The notes under the pieces were generated by a model, which had not been told where the DNA came from, did not search any database, and was given only the letters and a program-made list of their open reading frames with translations. A stretch of DNA of 64,000 nucleotides from assembly GCA_963844235.1 (NCBI GenBank), contig CAWJNF010000005.1:65899-129898 (forward strand), read 5' to 3'. The position numbers and the translations under genes were made by a program. Below, one piece after another: positions 49,636 through 57,700 of the stretch; the stretch's first letter is position 1, and each line of letters begins with the position of its first letter. Source of the stretch: an uncultured Thermoleophilia bacterium. GTDB taxonomy: Bacteria > Actinomycetota > Thermoleophilia > Gaiellales > Gaiellaceae.

Positions 49636-50114
49636 GCGAACCAGCCTGCTTCTGCCCGCCGGGTATGGGCCGGGCTTCGTCGGAACCGCCACGTGCGGAC
49701 AGCCACGACCTGAGCGATCAGGACGATGGCCAGCGCATTGACGACGTGCAGGGCAGCGAGCTTCGGTACGTGTCCTGGGCCAGGACGAGCAGGCTTTGCA
49801 CGATGGTCAGGACGGTGAGCAGGCCGGACGGTCGGAGGATCGCGCGCGACTGCCCGGCGATGCCGTGAGCAGGATGAGCGCGGCGATGAACGTGAGCACG
49901 CGCCGAGAATCCGGTGGGCACCGAAGCTCTGCCCATCGAAGACGGCTAGGCCTGCGAGCAAGAACTGGGTTACCAGCCCCGCGAGGAACGCGACGACGAA
50001 GATCCACTGAAGGGTTCGGGCTGCACGCGGCTGGGGCCTCCAGTGGAATCGTCGCCTCGTTGTTCGCGGCGACGAACCGAGCTTCGCCACGGGGCTGGTG
50101 CGAAGATCGCTCAC
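49632..50114 (-). pseudogene. small ~4-TM membrane protein (DUF6220-like, from memory) with three same-direction frameshifts (~49900, ~49864, ~49772)
   Basis: The first 72 and last ~45 codons are coding-like in one frame (...TLQWIFVVAFLAGLVTQFLLAGLAVFDG...; ...PKLAALHVVNALAIVLIAQVV...). The middle hydrophobic pieces RVLTFIAALILLTA and IAGQSRAILRPSGLLTVLTIVQSLLVLAQD sit in the other two frames. Confidence 0.55.
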
Positions 50115-51281
50115 CGACCGCTCCTGAGCCAGAGCGTGACGTGAGCCGGCTGCATCGTCTCCTCGACGACGCGGCCGAGCTCATCTCGCAGCGTGTACAG
50201 GTCGATCTCGTGCGCGCAGCCGGCCGCTGAACGCCTCGAGCGTGCGCTGGGCGTCGTAGCGGCGACGGTAGAAGCGGCGGTCCACCGCGGTTTGAATTCG
50301 TCGGCGCGCCGGCCCGAACAGTGCGGCGACGGCGAGGGTCGAGACGGCGACGGCGAGGTCTGAGCCGCCCGCGAACGACGAGAAGACCTGCTGCAGGGCG
50401 AGCACGATGCCGAAGTAGAGGCCCGCGAGCGCGGCGGTCGCGACGCCGTACACGAGCGTTCGGCGGACGATCAGATCGATGTCGTAGAGGCGGTACCTGA
50501 GAATGGCGAAGCCGGCGGCGATCGGAATGGCGGTGAGTGCTGCGACCGCCAATGCGCCGGCGAGCTCCTCGAAAACGGCCGAGCCCGTGTCTTCGGCGAA
50601 GCCCTCCATCAAGAACGCGACGGCGAAGAGCACGCCGGTGCTTGCCACCAACTTGAGCTGCTGACGCTCGACGGCTCCCGAGCGCCGGAAGCGCACGACG
50701 AGCGCCGCCGCGGCGAGTACGAGGCTCGGGAGGAGGATGAACCAACCGGCAGTTGCGGCGCTCCCGAGTACCTCAGGTGCGCCCTCGATGCGGAGCGGGT
50801 TCGCGACGTGCTCGAACGGTTCCGTGAGCATCTCGGGCTGGAGAACGCCGACGGCGTAGGCGAGAAGAGCGACAGCCTGGAGCCACACGAGGGGTCTCCA
50901 CCGGCGCGATGGGGGCACCCCCGTCGGGAACAGCAGCAGGATGAGCACCCCCGCGAAGAAGGCTATGGCCCAGACGTTCGCCCCGACGAATGCCGCGTAC
51001 TCGCCTCCGCGGAGGGAGCCGGGCTCCGCGACGAGCGCGTGGTAGCCGTACGCCGTGGCGAACACCGCGACGGCGAGGACGACGCCGACGACGCAGAAGA
51101 GCCAGCCAATGGGGTTTCCGGGCCGTCTCCTCGCGATCGTCGAGCCGACGCCGGCGAACGCGATGGCTGGAATGAGGACGACGGCGTCGTCCCAGCGACC
51201 GTCCACCACGCCGAAGGCGAGCGTGCCCGCAGCGAGCGCGAGGGACAGGCCGAGCGGCACCCAGGCGAGCGCCGCGCTCAT
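50111..51281 (-). pseudogene. membrane-module paralogue P1 (one frameshift near 50210-50216; as sequenced the ORF ends at 50181)
   Basis: MSAALAWVPLGL...ARRRPGNPIGW...LILLLFPTGVPPSRRWRP...RFRRSGAVERQQLKL...LRYRLYDIDLIV...[24 protein letters not shown]. An extra C then shifts the frame. The corrected tail DEIDLYTLRDELGRVVEETMQPAHVTLWLRSGR ends in a GTGA overlap with the next gene. Confidence 0.7.
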
Positions 51282-51368
51282 GTGGGAAGGACGGAGTGCC
51301 GTGATCAACGGATTCTCCGACACGGCGCCGTCACGCGCCACCTCGTGGACGCGAAGCGTCTCACGGGT

Positions 51369-51392
51369 GGAACGCTGCCGCGGCAGCGTTCC
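51369..51392. promoter_or_regulatory. perfect 24-nt palindrome GGAACGCTGCCG/CGGCAGCGTTCC in the divergent intergenic region
   Basis: Read directly from the sequence. Lies between the P1 start (51281, -) and the regulator start (51438, +). Confidence 0.4.
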
Positions 51393-51397
51393 GGGTC

Positions 51398-51416
51398 CGT
51401 TACGGCGACCGTAACG
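51398..51416. promoter_or_regulatory. second palindrome CGTTACGG-CGA-CCGTAACG
   Basis: 8-bp arms, 6 nt downstream of the first palindrome in the same intergenic region. Confidence 0.35.
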
Positions 51417-51437
51417 CGATCGAGGTACGTTGCGCTC

Positions 51438-54222
51438 GTGAGCAGCTTGACGATCGCGCTTCTCGGGCCGCCGCGTATCGAGGTGGACGGCCTGCCGTTA
51501 CGCGTCGACACTCGCAAGGCGGTGGCGCTGCTGGCCTACCTGGCAGTCACCGGCCGGCCTTCCCGGCGCGAGCTGCTGGCCGATCTGCTCTGGCCCGAGT
51601 ACGAGCCGGCCAAGGGACGTGCGGCGTTACGCCGCACGTTGTCGGTGCTTCGCGCCGCCCTGGGCGCTCGCTGGCTCTCGGCGTCGCGCGACATCGTGAG
51701 CCTCGACGAGCACGGCGTCAACCTGGATGTCGATCGCTTCCGCCGGCTGCTCGTCGAGCGCCGGGCGCACGAGGCGGTCGCGCTCTACCGCGGCGACTTC
51801 CTCGAGGGGTTCGAGCTACGCGACAGCGCGGAGTTCGATCACTGGCAGATCGCAGAGGCTCAGGCGCTGCACCGCGAGCTCGGCGCCGGCCTCGAACAGG
51901 TGGCGCTCGAGCGGGCCGAGGCCGGAGATCTCGAGGCGGCGATCGTGCATGGGCGCCGCCGGCTCGAGCTCGATCCGCTGGCCGAATCGGGATATCGCCT
52001 CCTGATCAGGCTATACGCCTGGGTGGGCGATCGGGGCGCCGCGATCGAGCAGTACCGGGCCTGCGTCCGCACGCTGCATCGCGAGCTCGGCGTCGCCCCG
52101 CTCGCCGAGACGACCGAGCTCTACGAGCAGGTCAGCACCGGCAAGATCGTCCAGCCGGCCCCGCAGCCGCCGGCAGCGGCGACGCCTGTGCACGCTCCGG
52201 TCGCGCTCCCGCTCGTGGACCGGGACGCCGAGCTCGCGAGCCTGGTCTCGGCCTGGCAGAGCGCCGCACCCGACGGCCGCCTCGTCGTGATCGAGGGTGA
52301 GGCCGGCATCGGCAAGACGCGGCTCGCCGACGAGCTCGCGGCTCGGGCCGGCGCGGCTGGAGCCGTGCCTGTCGTCGTGCGCGCGGCCGAACCGGAGGCG
52401 GAGCTTCCGTACGCCGCCGTGCTCGACGCGATGCGACAGCTCAGCGCTCGGCCGGACGGTGCGCAGCGAATCGCGACCGTCCCGGCCCTGATCGCAGCGG
52501 AGGCCGCACGCCTCGTGCCGGAGGTGGCCGACCTGCGCCCGGGCCTGCCACCGGCGCCGCCGACAGACAGCCCCGGAGCGGGCAGCCGCTTCCTGAGCGC
52601 GCTCGCTGATGTCCTCACAGCCTTCACCGCCGGCACTCCGCCCGGGCTCATCGTCGTGGACGACGCTCAGTGGGTCGATGCCGCGTCGCTCGAGGTGCTG
52701 AGCTTCCTGGTGCGACGCCTCGAGGGCCGCGCGCTCTGCATCCTGCTGTCGTGGCGAGCCGAGGAGCTGCCGCTGGGCCACGCACTCCGCGAGCTGCTGG
52801 CAGACGCACGGCGCTCGAGACGGGGGCTTCTCGTGGCTCCGAAACGCCTCGGTCTGCGCGGCCGTAACGGAGCTGGCACGGGCAGCGGGCGCCGTATCGG
52901 AGATCGATCGGCTCTACGCCCAGACCGCCGGCCTGCCCCTCTTCGTCGTCGAGTACCTCGCGGCTCTCGGCGAGACGGCGGGTGGCGACGTGCCGGAGGG
53001 CGTGGCCGAGCTCCTGCGGCACCGGGCGGCGGCGGCGAGCGAGGGGGCTCGCCAGGTGCTCGCGGCAGCCGCGGTGCTCGGAACGTCCTTCGACCTGGAT
53101 GCGATCCGCGAGACGAGCGGGCGTAGCGACGAGGAGACCGTGGCCGCCCTCGAGGAGCTCGAGGTACGAGGGCTGCTCAGCGAGGACGGCGAGAGCTACG
53201 CGTTCGCGCACGACTCGATGCGGTCCGTGATCTACACCGACACGAGCCTCGCTCGGAGGCGCTTGCTCCACCGGCGTGCCGCCGAGGCGCTCGCCGCGAG
53301 GTCGCCAAGCCACCGCGTCGAGCGTGCGGCGGTCATCGCAGAGCAGTACCGGCTGGCAGGACGAGACGCCGACGCGGCCGAGTATCACCGCCTGGCAGGT
53401 GAGCGGGCCCGAGAGCTGTTGGCGCCCTCGGAGGCGCTCGCACACTTCCGGGCCGCCCTCGCGCTCGGCCACCCGGACGAGGCCATCCTGCACGAGGCTG
53501 TCGGCGAGCTGCTCATGCTCATGGGCGAGTACGGGTCGGCGCTCACGAGCCTCGAAGCCGCCGCCGCTCTGGCGACCGATCGAGCACAGCTCGGCCGGAT
53601 CGAGCACGAGCTCGGCGCCGTTCGTCATCGGCAGGGTGAGTGGGAGCTCGCCGCAGCACGCTACGAGGCCGCCGCGGCCGCGCTCGAAGGCGACGTGGGG
53701 CAGCTCGCGCGCATCGAGGCCGACCGCAGCCTCAACGAGCACCGGAGGGGTCGTGGCGAGGCCGCCACCGCACTGGCGCACAGGGCGCTCGAGCTTGCGG
53801 AGCGGGCCGGGGACACCGCGGCGCTCGCGCAGGCGCACAACATCCTCGGAATCCTGGCCTCGAGCGACGGCGCGCTCGGCGAGGCCCGCACGGAGCTCCG
53901 CCAGAGCCTGGAGCTCGCCGGCGCGCTCGGCGACCCCGGTGCGCGCGTGGCGGCGCTGAACAACCTCGCGCTCCTCGAGCGAACAGAGGGGGATCTCGCC
54001 GAGGCGCAGCGGCTCACGCGGGAGGCCCTTGCGCTGTGCGTGGCCCAGGGCGATCGTCACCGCGAGGCGGCACTGCACAACAACCTCGCGGATCTCCTGC
54101 ACGCAGCCGGCGACCCTGACTCTGCGATGGCGGAGCTCAAGCAGGCCGTGGCGATCTTCGCGGAGATCGGCGGCGACGCCGCCGAGGCTCAGGTCGAGAT
54201 CTGGAAGCTCGTCGAATGGTGA
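51438..54222 (+). pseudogene. AfsR-like SARP (wHTH+BTAD) / STAND ATPase / TPR regulator, one frameshift near 52850-52860
   Basis: VSSLTIALLGPPRIEVDGLPL...; BTAD YRGDFLEGF...LIRLYAWVGDRGAAIEQY; Walker A VIEGEAGIGKTRL; Walker B LIVVDDAQWVD. After ...ELLADARRS... the coding signal moves to the +1 frame (...AAVTELARAAGAVSEIDRLYAQTAGLPLFVVEYL...). TPR-like repeats run to 54222. Confidence 0.75.
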
Positions 54223-54240
54223 CGGAGCCCCCGTAGGCTC

Positions 54241-54262
54241 GGGGCCGGATTGCTCCGGCCCC
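54241..54262. terminator. hairpin GGGGCCGGA-TTGC-TCCGGCCCC
   Basis: 19 nt after the regulator stop and 9 nt beyond the 3' end of the convergent tRNA-Leu. Confidence 0.5.
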
Positions 54263-54270
54263 GTCCAGAG

Positions 54271-54354
<84 letters not shown>

Positions 54355-54425
54355 TGGCTGCGCCATTGTAGCGAGGCCGGCCGGGAGGGTTTGACGCCGT
54401 CCGCCCGGCGCGCTACTCTCAGATA

Positions 54426-54439
54426 CGAACATACGTTCG
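54426..54439 (+). promoter_or_regulatory. LexA operator (SOS box) CGAACATACGTTCG
   Basis: Perfect GAAC-N4-GTTC palindrome of the Gram-positive type, 18 nt upstream of the lexA ATG. Confidence 0.8.
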
Positions 54440-54456
54440 CGACATACGGGGGGGCC

Positions 54457-55083
54457 ATGGTTTCGGAGCGCCAGCAGGAGATCTACGACTTCATCGTCGT
54501 CTACGCGCGCAAGCACGGCTACCCGCCGACCGTGCGGGAGATCGGCGCACGCGTCGGTCTGGCGTCCCCGTCGACCGTGCACGTCCATCTCGCGAAGCTG
54601 GAGCAGGCCGGGTACCTGCGCCGCGACCCGACGAAGCCACGCGCGCTCGAGCTGGTCGGACGCGGGGAAGATGCGGCGCCGGAGAACGGTCGTGTCGTCC
54701 CGCTGCTGCCGCTGGTGGGCGAGATCGCCGCGGGCTCGCCATTGCTCGCCGAGGAGAACGTCGAGGACTACGTCGCCGTGCCGGAGCCGCTCGCGCGAGG
54801 AGAGGACGAGTTCCTCCTGCGCGTGCGTGGCGACAGCATGGTCCAGGCCGGGATCATGTCCGGCGATTACGTCGTCATCCGGCGCCAGCAGACGGCCGCG
54901 AACGGCGACGTGGTGGCGGCGCTCGTGGGCGAGGACGAGTCGGCGTCCGAGGCGACGGTGAAGACGTACTACCACGAGGACGGCCGCATCCGTCTGCAGC
55001 CGGAGAACGACGAGCTCGAGCCTCTGTACCCCCAGCACGTCCAGATCCTGGGAAAGGTCGTGGGGCTCTTCCGTCGGCTATGA
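54457..55083 (+). CDS. lexA: LexA repressor
   Basis: N-terminal wHTH YPPTVREIGARVGLASPSTVHVHLAKLEQAGYL; cleavage site region VGEIAAG; Ser/Lys dyad context RGDSM...VKTY. Confidence 0.9.
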   Translation: MVSERQQEIYDFIVVYARKHGYPPTVREIGARVGLASPSTVHVHLAKLEQAGYLRRDPTKPRALELVGRGEDAAPENGRVVPLLPLVGEIAAGSPLLAEENVEDYVAVPEPLARGEDEFLLRVRGDSMVQAGIMSGDYVVIRRQQTAANGDVVAALVGEDESASEATVKTYYHEDGRIRLQPENDELEPLYPQHVQILGKVVGLFRRL

Positions 55084-55200
55084 GTGTCGCCGCCCTCATC
55101 GACCACCAGCTCGCCGAGCGAGAGAGCGTCGGAGGAGATGGCGAGGCCGAAGCTGTGCTGCTACCCGGAGGTTGCGGTGAGGCCCGCAGGGACGAAGTAG

Positions 55201-55221
55201 GGGCCGGAGCTCATCCGGCCC
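55201..55221 (+). terminator. hairpin GGGCCGGA-GCTCA-TCCGGCCC
   Basis: 118 nt after the lexA stop; same hairpin family as the others. Confidence 0.4.
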
Positions 55222-55235
55222 GCACGTTCTCGGAT

Positions 55236-55421
55236 ATGGAGCAGCCCACGCTCGAGGCTACGCTGATCGCGCTGCTCCAGGGCGAGACGGACGCATGCCT
55301 CGTGTGCGGCGAGCCGGTCGAGGGCGAAGAGGAGCGCGTCGAGTGTCCCGCCTGCGGGTCGGTGCTCGAGCCGGCGCCGAGGGAGGTGATCTCCGGGCAG
55401 ATGACGTTGATCGACGGCTGA
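55236..55421 (+). CDS. small zinc-ribbon-like hypothetical protein
   Basis: 61 codons, MEQPTLEATLIALLQGETDACLVCGEPV...VECPACGSVLEP (CxxC...CxxC). Good GC3 only from this ATG onward. Confidence 0.4.
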   Translation: MEQPTLEATLIALLQGETDACLVCGEPVEGEEERVECPACGSVLEPAPREVISGQMTLIDG

Positions 55422-55432
55422 CCCTGCGGCGA

Positions 55433-56281
55433 TTACGCCTTACGGCCCCAGGCCTGGACGAACACGTGGGAGAGAACGAGGGTCATCGGGTCGTCCAGAT
55501 GGCGCGACAAGGCCGCCGTACAGCTCGCGAACTCGGCTTCCGAGATCAATCCCTCCGCGACGATCCGCTCGCGAAGGTTGTTGACGAACTGAAGGAAGAT
55601 CGGCCGGCGGCTGTGACCCGGTCCGTAGGCGTGGATCAGTGGGTTTACGCGAACATCGGACAGACCGGCAGCCGCCAGCAGGCGAGGGAGCCTGCGCCCG
55701 ACGAACAGGTCGATGCTGTTCCGCGTGGCGTAGGCCTCGAGCGCGGCCATCAGGCGATCCCATTCGAGTAGGGGCGGGTCGCAGACATGAGCGCGCCAGT
55801 CGGCCTCGTGCAGCGCCACTGTGCCTCCGGGCCTGACGAGAGCGACCATCTCGGCAACGAGAGCTTCCGGCTCCGGGATGTTCACGAGCACGAGGCGTGC
55901 GGTTGCGAGATCGAAAGACTCGTGGGGGAGGGCGGCGCTCTTCGCGTCCCCGCGTAGCACCTGGGCGTTGGTGATCCGGCGTTCGTCGAGGAACGCTCGA
56001 GCCAGCTCGACCGCCTCGTCGCTGATCTCGATGCCCACCACGGATCCTTCGACGCCGACTCGCTCGGAAAGGAGCTCGAGGCAGCCTTGCGGGCCGCAGC
56101 CGACCTCGACCACGTGGGCCCCGGGTCGAATCCCGATCCGATCGAAGAGCCACGCGGATTCTTCCGCGAGCTCTTCGGCTTGCTGCCGAAGGCGCTGCTG
56201 CTCGGCTGATGCGTGGCCCAGGAAGTACTGGTCGCGCCCGCCCTCCAAGTGAGCCGACATACGGCGGCGAATCGTACGCAA
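55433..56281 (-). CDS. class I SAM-dependent methyltransferase
   Basis: Motif I VVEVGCGPQGCL; IEISDEAV; post-I and motif II pattern. The start may be ATG 56260. Confidence 0.8.
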   Translation of the reverse strand: MRTIRRRMSAHLEGGRDQYFLGHASAEQQRLRQQAEELAEESAWLFDRIGIRPGAHVVEVGCGPQGCLELLSERVGVEGSVVGIEISDEAVELARAFLDERRITNAQVLRGDAKSAALPHESFDLATARLVLVNIPEPEALVAEMVALVRPGGTVALHEADWRAHVCDPPLLEWDRLMAALEAYATRNSIDLFVGRRLPRLLAAAGLSDVRVNPLIHAYGPGHSRRPIFLQFVNNLRERIVAEGLISEAEFASCTAALSRHLDDPMTLVLSHVFVQAWGRKA

Positions 56282-56296
56282 GGTCGGGCGCGCCGG

Positions 56297-57016
56297 TCAG
56301 GGCAGCTCGGGGTACGGGCAAACCGCGAGGCTCTTGTCGACCGGCACGATCGCCGGGCCGGTTTCCGGGTCGACGAGCAAGCCGAGAACGCCGTACGTGT
56401 CGCCGCTGCTCCCGTCTCCGGTCTCGAAGTACGCGAACACTCCGAGCTCGTAGGCACCGGGCTCGAGCTCGACGGCCCACGACATGCTCGCGCTCTCGAG
56501 CTCGAAGTCGGCCACGGCCCGATCGGGGCCGCACCCGAGCGGGTAGACGGCGACGGTCGACGACGCACCGGATGACGCATCGGGAAGGCTGAGCGCTGCA
56601 TCCGAGAGCTCGATCGTCACGGCCTCGCCGGGCGCGACGACGCTCAGCTGGGTCGGATGCACGAATGAGGCGTCGGCGCAGGCGCCCTGTCCCTCGCCGC
56701 TCTCGCTCACCACCGTGACGCAGTAGCTCCCCTGGACCGCCTCCTGACGACCGGCAGCGGTGACGAGAACGATCGGCGGGGGCGTCGGCTCGGAGCTCGG
56801 AGGGCGCTCGGGCGCGGTCGCGGTGGTCGCCAACTCGCCACTGCCGGTCTCGACGAATCCGCTCGTGTCGGTCGACGCGTCCGTCTCCGCCGGCGGCGCC
56901 CCAAGATCGGGCGGTGGCGCCTCGGGCTCTGCGGCCGGAGCGGTGCCGCCACAGGAGGCGAGCGCCGCACTCGCGAGCAGCGGGACCAGCACCGGCAGGA
57001 GGCGGCTGCGCGGCAT
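56297..57016 (-). CDS. lipoprotein of unknown function
   Basis: MPRSRLLPVLVPLLASAALASCGG (lipobox), a low-complexity linker, then a Cys-containing globular part. Start at ATG 57016. Confidence 0.6.
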   Translation of the reverse strand: MPRSRLLPVLVPLLASAALASCGGTAPAAEPEAPPPDLGAPPAETDASTDTSGFVETGSGELATTATAPERPPSSEPTPPPIVLVTAAGRQEAVQGSYCVTVVSESGEGQGACADASFVHPTQLSVVAPGEAVTIELSDAALSLPDASSGASSTVAVYPLGCGPDRAVADFELESASMSWAVELEPGAYELGVFAYFETGDGSSGDTYGVLGLLVDPETGPAIVPVDKSLAVCPYPELP

Positions 57017-57077
57017 CGTCCCATCTTGGACTACGGCGCCGCTCCGATGGTTCCGCCTGCCGCGGGCTACACTGTGC

Positions 57078-57428
<351 letters not shown>

Positions 57429-57431
57429 ACG

Positions 57432-57459
57432 GAAAGAGCCCTGGTAACGGGGCTCTTTC
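57432..57459 (+). terminator. intrinsic terminator GAAAGAGCCC-loop-GGGCTCTTTC
   Basis: 10-bp stem immediately after rnpB, followed by T-rich CTTTCTATGTCTCTT. Confidence 0.6.
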
Positions 57460-57700
57460 TATGTCTCTTCCCACCGGACTCGTCAGCGCAGGGCGGGTTA
57501 CGGCGGTCTCTGGAACCGCTCGGCGCGGGCGCCCGGTGTGGCCTCGCAGCCGGTGCCGGCTACGAACGACCGCACGCGAAGACGTCGACAGCGGCGGCGG
57601 CTCGTGCGCCCGGCGGTGAAGAGGACAGTCCGGGCGTGGTCCATGAGGGAGCGGTCGCACGCGTACGATGCGGGCGAGTTGGTGCAAGAGCGTTGCCTCG

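Larger units (their letters stand above)
41021..51281 (-). repeat. tandem array of seven ~1.2-kb paralogous membrane-module genes (plus two embedded genes)
   Basis: The same motif series recurs at ~1.2-kb period. The 3' ~290 nt of the copies are ~90% identical at DNA level in hand-aligned pairs. Confidence 0.9.

Noticed and set aside
41021-51281. The periodic repeats might be a CRISPR array, a mobile-element pile-up or a diversity-generating retroelement target.
   Set aside because: The period is ~1.2 kb and the units are full genes. No short direct repeats or spacers, cas genes, transposase, integrase, reverse transcriptase or template repeat were seen anywhere in the window.
41021-51281. 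Programmed ribosomal frameshifting as an explanation for the many frame changes.
   Set aside because: No slippery heptamers or conserved stimulatory structures occur at the shift sites. The contexts differ from site to site, and the shifts go in both directions.
55080-55235. Long (113-aa) form of the ORF after lexA, starting at the ATGA overlap.
   Set aside because: This part has weak third-position GC bias and contains a terminator-like hairpin (55201-55221). Only the distal 61 codons look coding.
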